From contig OZ024751.1 in assembly GCA_964016885.1 (NCBI GenBank), positions 46,314,001-46,378,000 of the forward strand: a stretch of 64,000 nt of DNA, given 5' to 3'. Origin of the DNA: Eledone cirrhosa (lineage: Eukaryota). A program made the position numbers and the translations under genes. How positions within the stretch are numbered: the stretch's first letter is position 1; every line of letters begins with the position of its first letter. The notes below the pieces were generated by a model. The model did no database searches and had not been told where the DNA came from. It was given only the letters and a program-made list of their open reading frames with translations. Shown piece by piece: positions 12,505-27,228 of this stretch.

Positions 12505-12752
12505 TATATCTATCTATCTATCTAAGGCGGGTAAAATTCCCGAGATCCATGGACGAGTTCTCTCCAGCGGTCTCTGTCCCTCATTATCGCTGCCATATCC
12601 TGCATCTCCAACAGACCAGTGTCTGTCCTTAGGGCATCAACATATGTTAACCTTGGTCTTCCTCTTCTAGTGTGTCCATGTAGGGGTTCCCAAAGGAGCA
12701 CTGAGTGCAATGTCAACTCTGGATGTCGGTGAGCATGTCCAGCCAACTTCAT
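12505..12752 (-). mobile_element. RTE-clade LINE 3' fragment with (TAGA)n tail, second copy
   Basis: KLAGHAHRHPELTLHSVLLWEP..RGRP..DRDRWR; nearly identical to 10088-10275. Confidence 0.85.
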
Positions 12753-12762
12753 ATATATATAT

Positions 12763-13030
12763 AATTAGAAGGGGTATTTAATTTGTTGGAAGTCCAACAA
12801 ATATAAATGTTTATAACAGATTTAGAACACTCAACAAATTACTGGAGTAAATATTCAATGATATTAAATAAATGGAAACTATATTTATAAAACCATATTT
12901 ATTTTATTATATATATTTCAAGGGTACCAAGACACATTGGTACGCTTTCATCATATAAAATACAAAATTTGTTTTATAAATAGAGACATACCCATGAAAA
13001 TCATACCTTATCGGTTGGAAATTCACTGGA
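12763..13030 (-). mobile_element. PLE terminal fragment with mutated hammerhead (family of 15238-15595 and 18327-18774)
   Basis: Reverse complement reads aTGATGA-AAGCGTACCAA..TTGGTACCCTT-GAAATATATATA. Confidence 0.7.
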
Positions 13031-13044
13031 TATATATATATATA

Positions 13045-13940
<896 letters not shown>

Positions 13941-14067
13941 TTATATATATATCACATAAGAAACAGAGATTCTCCGCCGTTTCTTATGTGATATGATACT
14001 CTGCTCTGTAAGAGCATCGAGTTCTCAAACGGCCTACCGCTATCGGACGCTTTAAGCATCCCACACC

Positions 14068-14127
<60 letters not shown>

Positions 14128-14247
14128 AGTGTTTCTACTTTTGGCACAAAACTATTTTGTATTTCATTATTCTATAAATACTCCGTCATTCTTATGAGGA
14201 TAAAGTACGTTGAATTCTTGAATGGAATCGCATCAATATTATATTGT

Positions 14248-14372
<125 letters not shown>

Positions 14373-14462
14373 AATACAATTTAGCTTCAGGCATAATTGT
14401 ATAGAGATATGTAGAAGAGATACGGTATGTTTTAAAATAAACATTTGGCATAGCTACGAAAT

Positions 14463-14510
<48 letters not shown>

Positions 14511-14513
<3 letters not shown>

Positions 14514-15048
14514 TTTTGAGTTTATGTTGGTTGTATACCAACACCTCAGTATGCAGGCTGGAGCACTCGACGAAGTGCGCAGGTTGGTTTGGTTACTCCG
14601 GAGTAGTGTAAAATAAAGTTAAATAAAAGTCAAATGATTAAAATTTAGCTTCGTTTATTACTGCTATATATATTTCAGTGACAGCCATCTTTGGCTGTGA
14701 CCTCTTCAGGCAGTTTTAATTAGTATGGTATAGACAAGTACATATGTTGTTTAGGTGTATGATATTGTCAATACTCTGATATGCCCAGTTCCTTGTTGGG
14801 TTGTTAATTCACTGGGGAACTGGAGTCATATCATATGACTCCAGTTCCCCAGTGAATTAACAACCCAACAAGGAACTGGGCATATCAGAGTATTGACAAT
14901 ATCATACACCTAAACAACATATGTACTTGTCTATACCATACTAATTAAAACTGCCTGAAGAGGTCACAGCCAAAGATGGCTGTCACTGAAATATATATAG
15001 CAGTAATAAACGAAGCTAAATTTTAATCATTTGACTTTTATTTAACTT

Positions 15049-15055
<7 letters not shown>
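14511..15055. mobile_element. Fold-back element: palindrome 14609-15055 (223-bp arms, 1-nt centre at 14832) plus ~100-bp tail
   Basis: Arms read as exact reverse complements; (TA)n on both sides. Confidence 0.9.
14950..15004 (+). ncRNA. Type I hammerhead ribozyme (mirror copy on minus strand at 14660-14714)
   Basis: ACTGC-CTGAAGA-GGTcACAGCCA aaga TGGCTGTcACT-GAAA-TATATATA-GCAGT. Confidence 0.75.
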
Positions 15056-15112
<57 letters not shown>

Positions 15113-15237
15113 AAATTAACTCGAAAAATCGAGGTTTGAAACTTGAGTGTATTAGAATTCTCAGAAAAATGGGAAAACTCGTCAGATGGAAGCTGTTAGA
15201 ACGGCAAAATACCATCGAAGCGGCGTTGGGTAAAACA

Positions 15238-15590
15238 TTTATTCTATTATATATATTTCAAGGGTACCAAAACTTTGGTACGCTCTCATCAGATAAAATA
15301 CAAAGTTTGTTTTATAAATATTGACATATCCAGGAAAAACTTGAACCGTTAAGATCTCCTTCCTGGATATGTCAATATTTATAAAACAAACTTTGTATTT
15401 TATCTGATGAGAGCGTACCAAAGTTTTGGTACCCTTGAAATATATATAATAGAATAAATATGGTTTTATAAATATAGTTTCCATTTATTTAATATCATTG
15501 ATGTTATACTCCAGAAAACTTGTCGAGTGCTTCGAATCAGTTATAAACATATATATTTGTTGAATTACCAACAAATTAAATATCCTTTTT

Positions 15591-15595
<5 letters not shown>
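15238..15595 (+). mobile_element. Fold-back element (arms ~15238-15335 / 15360-15459) plus tail
   Basis: ~97-bp inverted repeat with ~24-nt spacer; the tail ends in (TA)n. Confidence 0.85.
15396..15456 (+). ncRNA. Type I hammerhead ribozyme
   Basis: TATTTTAT-CTGATGA-GAGcGTACCAAA gt TTTGGTACcCTT-GAAA-TATATATA-ATAGAATA. Confidence 0.78.
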
Positions 15596-15630
<35 letters not shown>

Positions 15631-15639
<9 letters not shown>

Positions 15640-16192
15640 TAAACAAATAATGAATAAAACAATGAAACAGTTCCTTATATTAAACAAAAAAAGTTCATTA
15701 TTTAACGATCGTTTCTAGGATATATATGTGTTAGAATTGGCATGCATATTCAACAGATCTATGTACAAAATTATACAAAATTATACAAACTATCAAGATT
15801 AAATATACATACCAAACACACATATACGCCGTCTTCAGAAATAATTATTTCTGAAGACGGCGTATATGTGTGTTTGGTATGTATATTTAATCTTGATAGT
15901 TTGTATAATTTTGTATAATTTTGTACATAGATCTGTTGAATATGCATGCCAATTCTAACACATATATATCCTAGAAACGATCGTTAAATAATGAACTTTT
16001 TTTGTTTAATATAAGGAACTGTTTCATTGTTTTATTCATTATTTGTTTAATATTTTATCTTGACTCTGTATACCGTTTATCTTTCACCGAAAGTGATTTT
16101 TCATTACATCTCTTCTTTCCATGATATCCGGAATACATTGAGTTCTTCATACGGATTGGACACTACCGTAAACTCTTGGTAGATTTATCTAC
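15631..16192 (+). mobile_element. Fold-back element: palindrome 15631-16058 (214-bp arms, no spacer) plus ~130-bp tail; partial copy at 17741-17872
   Basis: Centre gaaataa|ttatttc at 15844/15845; TA tracts on both sides. Confidence 0.9.
15844..15992 (+). ncRNA. Putative hammerhead with greatly extended stem II
   Basis: ATTATTT-CTGAAGA-(~116 nt)-GAAAC-GATC-GTT-AAATAAT. Stem I and palindromic loop III are present; the base of stem II is imperfect. Confidence 0.5.
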
Positions 16193-16241
16193 ATATATAT
16201 ATATATATATACATATATATGTATATATATATATATATACG

Positions 16242-16574
<333 letters not shown>

Positions 16575-16607
16575 ATTTGTTTGTCAAATTACAAACGAAT
16601 CGAATAT

Positions 16608-17040
16608 TGAGTTCAAATCCCGCCGAGGTTAACTTTGCCTTTCATCCTTACGAGGTCGATAAAATAAAGTACCAGTAATACCACTGGGAAAATTGCTGGC
16701 CTTGTGCCAAAAGTAGAAATAATTATTAATTGTTTCTACTTTAGGCACAAGGCCAGCAATTAACCAGTGCATTACTGGTACTTTATTTTTATCGACCCCG
16801 TAAGGATGAAAGGTAAAGTCAACCTCGGCGGGATTTGAACTCAGATCGTAAAGGGGCGTAACTCTTTGAAGGAAAGCACTGCGTCCGACCCTCTACCGAT
16901 ACTGCCAATATTAATAATTGTTTCTACTTTTTGGCACAAGGCCAGCAATTACCCAGTGTATTACTGGTACTTTATTTTATCGACCCCGTAAGGATGAAAG
17001 GCAAAGTCAACCTCGGCGGGATTTGAACTCAGATCGTAAT
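16608..17040. mobile_element. Cluster of three SINE copies (16608-16728 +, 16727-16910 -, 16915-17038 -)
   Basis: Same consensus as 10702-10885. Confidence 0.85.
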
Positions 17041-17104
17041 TATTAATATTCGAAAAACTCTGATTACATTTATACACACACACACACAAACAGACATATA
17101 TGTT

Positions 17105-17226
17105 GTGAAGGCGCGTGGCTGAGTGGTTAGAGAATTGGATTCACAATCGTGGGGTTGTGAGTTCGGTTCCTGGACCGGGCGATGCGTTATGTCCTTGAGC
17201 AAGACACTTTATTTCACGTTGCTCCT
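17105..17226 (+). mobile_element. Second tRNA-derived SINE family, 5' part
   Basis: A-box-like GTGGCTGAGTGG, B-box-like GAGTTCGGTTCC, then TGTCCTTGAGCAAGACACTT core-like motif. Confidence 0.65.
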
Positions 17227-17668
17227 ACCTGGAGTTGCGAACGATAGATAGTATTAGCAATTGACTCCGTAGTGATTTTAAACCGGGTGGCGAATTATAT
17301 CTATCGTTGTTCTTAGCACCAAGTAATGCCACAGCGGGGTCTGAACCTGGGGTTTAACTGTCCAGAATAACTAACACAATATACATCGTCCTACACTCTG
17401 GCAATTCCGCCACTTTTACCACCACCATCATCACCATGGTGAAAGCTACTACTACCACCACCTCCACCATCAACATCGCGAAAGCTACTACTACCACCAC
17501 CACCATCAAGCAGTAGGCTTCGGTAATATATTTTTTTCCCATGCTGGTAAACCTGTTGACGAGAACTGTGCCAATAAAAAGGGAGTGGTACATCACACAC
17601 GTAACATACACACACACACAAGTGTGTACATCTGGATACGCATATCTGTATATATGTATATATAAATA

Positions 17669-17731
<63 letters not shown>

Positions 17732-18023
17732 TATATAAATATAAAATATTAAAAAAATAATGAATAAAACAATGAAACAGTTCCTTATATTAAACAAAAA
17801 AAGTTCATTATTTAACGATCGTTTCTAGGATATATATGTGTTAGAATTGGCATGCATATTCAACAGATCTATCGTGCAGTTGATTATAGACTTGTTCTGT
17901 GTGTGACGGTATTTTAACGATAGTTATAGCTCTGATTTATCTAAATTAGCGAGCACTCTGCCGCTCATATCGAATTTTGTTTATCGTGAACTCGTGCGCC
18001 GATTTTTCGATACTCGATTATTC

Positions 18024-18078
<55 letters not shown>

Positions 18079-18118
18079 TATTTATATATATATATATATT
18101 TATATATATAAATATATT

Positions 18119-18250
<132 letters not shown>

Positions 18251-18254
18251 TATT

Positions 18255-18321
<67 letters not shown>

Positions 18322-18326
18322 ATTTA

Positions 18327-18770
18327 TACGATATTAAACAAATGGAAACTATATTTATAAAACCATATTTATTTCATTATACATATTTCGGGGAGATACC
18401 ATATTAAAAATATGGCATGCCTTCTTCAGATAAAATACAATATATAAACAGTTTTATAAATAATTTTGACGTACCATAAATATTGACCAACCGTTATGTA
18501 CGAAGCTGGTTTCGAACATAACGGTTGGTCAATATTTATGGTACGTCAAAATTATTTATAAAACTGTTTATATATTGTATTTTATCTGAAGAAGGCATGC
18601 CATATTTTTAATATGGTATCCCCGAAATATGTATAATGAAATAAATATGGTTTTATAAATATAGTTTCCATTTGTTTAATATCGTATATCTACTCCAAAA
18701 CTTGTCGAGTGCTTTATATCAGTTATAAAATATTTACTTGTTGTAACCCAACAATTTTATATAAAACTTT

Positions 18771-18774
<4 letters not shown>
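18327..18774 (+). mobile_element. Fold-back element (palindrome 18327-18686, ~6-nt loop) plus tail, with hammerhead at 18578-18643
   Basis: TATTTTAT-CTGAAGA-AGGCATGCCATATT ttt AATATGGTATCCCC-GAAA-TATGTATA-ATGAAATA; flanked by TA-rich tracts. Confidence 0.85.
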
Positions 18775-18835
<61 letters not shown>

Positions 18836-18884
18836 TATAATATATATATATAAATATATATAATATATATATATAAATATATAT

Positions 18885-18971
<87 letters not shown>

Positions 18972-19009
18972 TATATAAATATATATAATATATATATATA
19001 AATATATAT

Positions 19010-19145
<136 letters not shown>

Positions 19146-19485
19146 TATATATATCTCTGCTGATGATTGAAATTCCAACCGTGACCATCTCCACTGAAAG
19201 TTTTCATGAAATAGTCTTTTAAGACTATACAGAGCATTTGATATTATTCCAAATTGAAGGATAAGTGTTTCAAACTTTATTTTATCATGAGTTAAAGGTC
19301 TATAGATTTTTCCCTGGATTTTACTAAATTCTGTGGATGAATTTATATCCTGATTCTCTTTTGAGATGAGTTTGAGTTATTTTTCCTAAATCTTTCGTTA
19401 ACTACTTTTCCCATCTTGACGTTATAGTCGCATATATGTTATAGAATGCCGTTAGCTTCTTGCTAAAACAATCTCTATACCTCTC

Positions 19486-19546
<61 letters not shown>

Positions 19547-19547
<1 letters not shown>

Positions 19548-19867
19548 CGAAGGAAATGTGGTAAGGAACCAGGTGGACCATAACGCACCAAAGTACTCAA
19601 TACTTAGGGTAGTAGAGTGGGTAATAGGAACGAGTAGGACCCCGACGGCTGGGCTCAAGCCGTTTCGACGGCTAATTCTGGACTAAAATATCCAGATGTA
19701 CACTCTTGTGTGTCTGTGTATGTTACGTGTGTGTGTGTGATGTACCACTCCCTTTTTATTGGCCCAGTTCTCGTCAACAGGTTTACCAGCATGGTGAAAT
19801 ATGGAACGGGAGCAAAACAGAGAGGCAGTACGAACAAAAGTTTATTAGTTTCACGCTCTTGAGAGTG

Positions 19868-19870
<3 letters not shown>
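19547..19870 (-). mobile_element. PLE-like terminal element between TA tracts; shares sequence with 12330-12503 and 17539-17640
   Basis: Direct sequence matches within the window. Confidence 0.6.
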
Positions 19871-19921
<51 letters not shown>

Positions 19922-20114
19922 TAAATAAATAAATAAATAAATATATATATATATATACGTACACACATATTTATTTACACACACATATAGCTATTGCTAT
20001 ATACATGTAATCGTACTTACACTCCCACACACACTCATGCAGACCCACATACACACGTTTCACATTCAACAAACGACTCGAGTGGGGACATTCGACTGAT
20101 TACAGTCTGTATAT

Positions 20115-20367
20115 CCACATACATAGAGTCTACATACATACGTACGTATATACATTCATACGTCCATACATACAAACATACATTCATACGTCTATATATA
20201 CATTCATACGTCCATAAATACATACATTCATACGTCCATAAATACATACATACATACATTCATACGTCCATATATACAAACATACATTCATACGTCCATA
20301 AATACATACATACATACATTCATACGTCCATATATACATACATTCATACATACATACATACACACAT
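20115..20367. repeat. (CATA)n-derived minisatellite
   Basis: catacattcatacgtccata units. Confidence 0.8.
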
Positions 20368-20729
20368 AGAAATCTGATTTACTGACAGTGCACGTTTGGA
20401 TTTCATTCTTACTACTTCTAATATATATACATTTATATTTATATTGATATATATATATATATATATATATTTATTTCTATATAACTATCACAGGAGTGTT
20501 TTAACCAGGTAAGAGAAAAAAAAAAGCAAAACATTTTTTTATCATCATCATTGTAACCAGCTAATTATTAATTATCAATTATTATTATATCTACTGTAGG
20601 TTTCTTTCTGCCCCCCCCCCCCCGCCGCCTCCATATCTTCCTTTACTTGATGTGTTATTTTACGTCCCTGCATTGCCACCCCAACACCTGTGCGCCCTTG
20701 CTGCTAATTATTAATATTATTTTTATGAT

Positions 20730-20864
20730 GGCCCTTTACGTTCTGAGTTCAAATCCCGCCGAGGTTGACTTTGCCTTTCATCCTTACGGGGTGGATAAAA
20801 TAAAGTATCAGTAATGCACTGGTGTAATTGCCGGCCTTGTGCAAAAAGTAGAAACATTATTATT

Positions 20865-20918
<54 letters not shown>

Positions 20919-20919
20919 A
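20730..20919 (+). mobile_element. SINE copy with (ATT)n tail expanded into (GTT)n
   Basis: Consensus match followed by (GTT)n. Confidence 0.8.
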
Positions 20920-21280
20920 TCTCTTGGACACTGGCAGATCTTCAACCAAATTTCAGCTTTGAAAGCTCTGGTCATAACAAATTACCAGAACTTTCAAAAC
21001 TTCCTTCAAATTTAAGACTCTAAGAATTTTCTTTAAAAATATATTCTCTTTATAATATAGGCTTCGCAATAATTAAATCTGACATTGTATACACATCAGA
21101 CAAAACAACAATTGCTAATAATTAGAGAATATGGGACCGTTATTGTTGGACTACTTTTGATCATATCTTTGCTGACCTGGGGCTAAACAGTACCCTTTTC
21201 GGGTGTTGGGTAATGACTGATAAAATCAACTATACTAGTTTTCTGCAGTAAGAATGGTGGTGGGCTTTGGTAAAAAAAGA

Positions 21281-21432
21281 TTAATAGCGGTTTCTTCTTT
21301 TCACACAACGCTTTTTTTCAGATAGTAGGGTGTGGTCTTCTTCTACAGGTCGCGCAAAACTTGTAATAGTTCTAGGTCGGATGTAATATATAAACGCACC
21401 GCACCAAAAACTAATAATAGTTCCAACCAAAG
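21281..21432 (-). CDS. Candidate terminal coding exon of a membrane protein
   Basis: Acceptor tctcttaccAG then LVGTIISFWCGAFIYYIRPRTITSFARPVEEDHTLLSEKKRCVKRRNRY*: hydrophobic helix plus basic tail; non-repetitive. No partner exons identified. Confidence 0.3.
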
Positions 21433-21502
21433 CTGGTAAGAGACCCAGGGTAGATGTGAAACGTAGGCCCCGATTTCTATCTGCTTGTAATTTTTTTAAA
21501 AT

Positions 21503-21673
21503 AATTGTTTCTACTTTAGGCACAAGGCCAGCAATTACTGGTACTTTATTTTATCGACCCCGTAAGGATGAAAGGCAAAGTCAACCTCGGCGGGATTTGA
21601 ACTCAGATCGTAAAGGGACGTAACTATGCTGGAAAGCATGGCGTCCGACCCTCTACCGATACTGCCAATCCAC
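21503..21673 (-). mobile_element. SINE copy
   Basis: Consensus match. Confidence 0.85.
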
Positions 21674-21726
21674 TCAGTTCTAAATACACATCATTTATGA
21701 GTTGCAGGTGTATATATACATGATGA

Positions 21727-22050
21727 AGGCAGCAAATTGTCAGAGCCGTTAGAAGGTCGGATAGAATGCCTTGCGGTATTCGTTCCGACACTCTGCGCTC
21801 TGAGTTCAAACCCCACCGAGGTCAACTTTGCCTTTCGTCCGTTCAAGGTCGATAAAAAAGTACCAGTCTAGTACTGGGGTAGATTCTTCCTCTATATCTC
21901 TTTCTCACTTCCTCTCTCTCACTCTCTCTATCCTTCTCTGGAAGAAATCTGTTGTATTCAGAATTGGAGAGGAGTTGGGCTTCACCAAGTTTTAAAATGG
22001 TCTATGTCAATACGGCACCCCAACTACCAATACTCAGGAGTTACGGGACC
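21727..22050 (+). mobile_element. Longer SINE subfamily with distinct 3' region; second copy at ~30410-30680 (-)
   Basis: Shared head/core plus gattcttcctc..gaagaaatctg..ggttttaaaa tail in both copies. Confidence 0.65.
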
Positions 22051-22484
22051 ATGCATATATATGTAGTATGTACGTTCTATCTACAAGTAACAGAATACAA
22101 TAAAACAACTGAAACTAGAACCGAGCAGGGCCCCATATGATCGTAGACCTATACCAACACCCAAGGCTTTTTCAAACGTCTATATTTTATTTTTTGTTTA
22201 TTTGATATGATAAATTCTTTTTAAGCTTATTTTTTTATATCTGAACTTCATTTGAATATATAAAATTTAATTAACGTAAAATTTTACTTATGTGATAGGG
22301 TCGGGAAAGGCCCCCTCAGTAATTTATGCTCCTTTAAGAATCAACAAATGTTGGTTTCTCCCCCTCACATTTTAAAGGCAAACGAGGCCCCTGCCAACAC
22401 CCCACTTCTTCTGTCATGCCTGGGTGTGGTTTAAGAATAAAAATTTGGTTGTTGTTTTTTTGCGTTTTCAATGAACATATAGAT

Positions 22485-22774
22485 CAGTCATGGTAACCTG
22501 CGACCCACAAAGCTTTCTGAAGGGCTCGCCTAAGTCACCGAAGTGAAATATTTCTGATTTTTTTACCTCAACTTTTCTGTCGTAATTTATCTTTCTATCA
22601 TTTTTACGATCGAGGAAAACAACATGTACGAATTCTAAAGAAACAAATCAAAACAACCTGAGTTATCACTATTTTTTTAAATGTGGGCACGAATGTAAAT
22701 TAGCGCTTGCGGCCCGCCTGATGATGAGCCATATCTCATGCGACCCGCTTCTCGAAAAAGGTTGCCCATGCCTG
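22485..22774. mobile_element. hAT (Charlie-like) MITE
   Basis: TIRs CAGtCATGG-tAACCT / AGGTTGCCCATGCCTG; subterminal GCGACCC/GCGGCCC; 8-bp near-TSD atatagat/gtatagat. Confidence 0.7.
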
Positions 22775-23235
22775 GTATAGATGTTCGGTTGTTGTATCAT
22801 CTCCGGCAAGGTCAACTTAATTTGAATTGAGAACTTCAAGGAGACCTAACTAAATACCTTGAGGTATTTAGTTAGGTTTGAGCGCACTGCCAATTACCCC
22901 CAATCCACGAATTATTTATTATTATTATTTGGGGGTGGGAGTGAGGACAGAGGTGTGGTCGGTGAAATTGATCTCAGTCTTTGTTTCCCATGTTATAAAA
23001 AAGACGAGAGGCGAAGCCGTCTTCGACAGGGTTTGAACCCAGAACTTGTACTTTTCTTTCTCTCTCGGTCATTTCTAAATCCATAACTCCTCTCGTGTCT
23101 CAAATAATTCCCCTGCCCCCACCTTTATTAAATTCTGCTCAATTTTATTTTAAGTGGTAGCATACCTGCGACAATTAATTTTCTTTATACATTATAAAAA
23201 ATCCCATTAAACATGACAAAAAAAAGTACATTATT

Positions 23236-23853
23236 AGGATTGGCAGTATCGGTAGAGGGTCGGACGCCATGCTTTGACGCATAGAGTTACGGCCCTTGGC
23301 ATTCTGAGTTCAAATCCTGCCGAGGTTAACTTTGCCTTTCATCCCTACGGAGTCGATAAAATAAAGTACCTGTAATGCACTGGGTTTTGCTGGCCTTGTG
23401 CCTAAAGTAGAAACAATTATTAGAAATCCCATAGGTTATAAAATAAATAGGATGGGTCGGGGTTTCAATAAGTAAACTAAAAAATTGAGATAACCTAGAA
23501 AAATTACCCCCACCCCCGTTATTTGTTAGGAGTATTTGTTTTGTAGTGTTACGACAACGTTGGGGGGGGGGATAAAATAAAGTACCAGTCCCGTACTCGG
23601 GTCGATTTAATTGACTTTCTCCTCCCCACAAAATTGTTGGCCCTGTGCCTAAATCAGAAACCATTATTGTCAGTATCGGTAGAAGGTCGGACACCATGCT
23701 TTGCAGCACAGAGTTACGGCTCTTTACGGTCTGAGTTCAAATCCCACCGAGGTTAACTTTGCCTTTCATCGTTACGAGGTCGATAAAATATAGTACCAGT
23801 AATGCACTGGGTAATTGCTGGCCTTGTGCCTATAGTAGAAACATTATTATTAT
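23236..23853 (+). mobile_element. SINE copies (23236-23422, ~23572-23668 partial, 23668-23853)
   Basis: Consensus match. Confidence 0.85.
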
Positions 23854-24024
23854 ATTTACTGCGTTCCTTTTCTCGATGCTACCCCCGCTCCTCTTTTACT
23901 TCACTCCATGTAAACCCTGTGCTGTATGTTTGCCTTTCCTCCCACTTCTTTCCTGTATTATCCCATTATCCCACATCTTCAATCTGGCGCCACGCACTCA
24001 AACCATCGAAACACCTCACACTAT

Positions 24025-24904
24025 GACAACCACCACTACCACTACCACCACCACTACCACTACCACCACCACTACCACCATCATCACCACTACCACCACC
24101 ACCACCACTACCACTACCACCACCACTACCACCATCATCACCACTACCACCACCACCACCACTACCACTACCACCACCACTATCCCGACCACCAGCGTCG
24201 TCACCACCACCACCACCACCACCACTACCACCATCATCACCACTACCACCACCACTACCACTACCACCACCACTACCACCATCATCACCACTATCCCGAC
24301 CACCACCGTCGTCACCACCACCACCACCACCACACCACCACACCACCACCACCACCACTATCCCGACCACCAGCGTCGTCACCACCACCACCACCACACC
24401 ACCACCACCACCATCGCCACCATCATCACCACTATCCCCACCACCACCGTCGTCACCACCACCACCACCACCACCACACCACCACCACCACCATCGCCAC
24501 CATCATCACCACTATCCCCACCACCACCGTCGTCACCACCACCACCACCACCACCACCACCACTACCATCATCAAACCACCACCACCACCATCGCCACCA
24601 TCATCACCACGATCCCGACCACCACCACCACCACCACCACCACCAACACCATCGCCACCATCATCACCACTATCCCCACCACCACCGTCGTCACCACCAC
24701 CACCACCACCACTACCATCATCAAACCACCACCACCACCATCGCCACCACCACCACCACCACCACCACCACCACTACCACCACCAACACCATCGCCACCA
24801 TCATCACCACTATCCCGACCACCACCGTCGTCACCACCACCACCACAACCACCACACCACCACCACCACCATCGCCACCATCATCACCACTATCTCAACC
24901 ACCA
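24025..24904. repeat. (ACC)n-based compound trinucleotide repeat
   Basis: acc/act/atc/gtc triplets; gives poly-T/H/P ORFs in all frames. Confidence 0.9.
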
Positions 24905-24918
24905 TGAGTATATGATGA

Positions 24919-25103
24919 TAATTGTTTCTACTTTTGGCACAAGGCCAGCAATTACCCAGTGCATTACTGGTACTTTATTTTATCGACCCCGTAAGGATGA
25001 AAGGCAAAGTCAACCTCGGCGGGATTTGAACTCAGATCGTAAAGGGACGTAACTATGTTGGAAAGCATGGCGTCCGACCCTCTACTGATACTGCCAATCC
25101 ACC
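24919..25103 (-). mobile_element. SINE copy
   Basis: Consensus match. Confidence 0.85.
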
Positions 25104-25779
25104 ATTTATTGTGATATTTTTATAAAGGATGCCACAGAATGTACGATAGATAATGATTACAATATTTTTTAATAACAACTCTAGTCCCACACTTTTGAAG
25201 GTTTATTATAACATTCTGTGGCTCTTTTGAGCTTGCGCATTTTTCATGTCTAGTTTAATATTTTTTTAAGGCAACGCTTGTAATAACTCTAGTTAAACAT
25301 GATATATATTAATACTAAATTATCGGTGTAATGTAATTAGATTATATAATTGTTATTATAAATGATCTTATAAATATTAGTGTAAGATGTCTAAAAATAT
25401 TTTCAGACTTTTAATATAAATAACAAAAAACAATCAATATTAAATCAATATATTATACATAATAGAAAACATAAAATAAATAAACAATATAAAAATAAAA
25501 TATTTACATACAATTGCAATTATCAGTCTATATAAATTTTCTCTATTCCCTGAGCAAATTAATGAGATATATTACATTTGTTTTAAAAATAGTTAATATA
25601 AATTTTAAAAAATCATATAACGACGAAATAACAAAAATAAATGAACTAGGAAAAAAAAAAAAAAAAATGGCGGATGCTTTTGAGCAACACTTACACTGAT
25701 TTGTTGAAAATTAGCCAATGGCATGTAATCACCACGGCCACAGTCAGACCTTGAAAAAAAAATTGACGATCTATATAAA

Positions 25780-26425
25780 AGACCTGTCCGAGGTGCGTGC
25801 GAGACGAAGAAACCGTCGCGCACGCATTCATACACTGCCCGGGCGTCACTAACCTGTGGGGCTATGTAGAACGACTATTATCACGGGTGGGACCAATCCG
25901 GTTGACCACCGAGTCCATTGTCATGATCAAACCGCCACCCTCCTTCAAAAACGAAGGAGAGGCGGTTTTCCTTTGTGTGATAGCTATGGCGAAAGAGGTT
26001 GTATGGTGGACAAGGTTGAAAGGGCTGAGGTCAGACACCTTTCTCTCCGGCCAACAACTGATTCTTTTTTTCAAATACCACTTTGGAAGAAGAATCAGGA
26101 TGGAGAGAGAGGTGCTGTACCCCAGCAAGTTTTATGAAAGGTGGGTGAAAGTGGCGAGAATGGCCCGAGTGAATGGGCCTTCTCTCTATATCAGCCTGTA
26201 GGTTGAGGAAAAGGAGGAGGAGAGGAAAGGAGTACAAACTCTTCGTACTCCTGGAGATGAGGGTTGCACATTTTTTCGGAGGTATGTGTTACCCATATAA
26301 ACTGTCTCCCCCTATTGGGGAAAATAGACTAACTTTTTAAATTGCATTTGTGATAACATTTTACACGTTTTTATTGTATGTAAACTTCCCCCTTCTTTTG
26401 TGCCCCTGTGGCTAATAAAGAAACA
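25780..26425 (+). mobile_element. Tx1/L1-clade LINE 3' fragment (zf-RVT CCHC region plus 3' UTR)
   Basis: TCPRCVRDEETVAHAFIHCPGVTNLW..VVWWTR..FYERW, stop at 26201, AATAAA at 26414 followed by a TA tract. Confidence 0.75.
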
Positions 26426-26502
26426 TATATATGTTAGAACACTAAAAGTGACTAACACATTCTATTGTTAGTCACTCCGTGTCTAACAGATATATATATA
26501 TA

Positions 26503-26668
26503 GTGTGTAACGTTTTTCGAAATATTTACTTCTGCGTTCACAGATTGAATTTTTTAGTTTCAGAAGATCCCGTTGAGGGTGAAAGCAGTGATTCTTTGCT
26601 TAAACTTTAATCTGTTATTTATATATATATATAACAGACGTATATATATATATATATATATAACAGAC

Positions 26669-26700
<32 letters not shown>

Positions 26701-26799
26701 CAGACGTATTTATTTCACGAGGTTCGATAAGGATAAATATATATCAAATATATAAGAACCCTAGAGCAAATTCCGAGCAGCGCCGGGCCATTCTGCTAG
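26503..26799 (+). mobile_element. Non-autonomous Helitron 3' part
   Basis: Ends in hairpin CCGAGCAGCGCCGG, ~10 nt, CTAG|T; matches 27542-28045 reversed. Confidence 0.7.
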
Positions 26800-26811
26800 T
26801 TATTATTATTT

Positions 26812-27228
26812 TGATTGGCAGTATTGGGAGAGGGTCGGACGCCATGCTTTGGCGTATAGAGTTACGGCCCTTGCCATTCTGAGTTCAAATCCCGCCGAGG
26901 TTAACTTTGCCTTTCATCCTTACGGGGTCGATAAAATAAAGTACCAGTAATGCACTGGGTAATTGCTGGCCTTGTGCCTAACGTAGAAACAATTATTATT
27001 TTGTGGATTAGCAGTATCGGTAGAGGGTCGGACGCCATGCTTTGTAGCAAAGAGTTACAGCCCTTTATGGTCTGAGTTCAAATCCCGTCGAGGTTAACTT
27101 TGCCTTTCATCCTTACGGGGTCGATAAAATAAAGTACCAGTCACGCACTGGGGTCGATTTAATCGACTTTCCCCTTCCCCAAAATTGCTGGCCTTTTGCC
27201 TAAATAAGAAACCATTATTATTATTATG
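26812..27228 (+). mobile_element. Two head-to-tail SINE copies
   Basis: Consensus match; the second sits in the (ATT)n tail of the first. Confidence 0.85.

Noticed and set aside
23759-24915. Mucin/extensin/His-rich ORFs (382 and 329 aa)
   Set aside because: Translations of an (ACC)n repeat, starting inside a SINE or flank and switching between poly-T, -H and -P.
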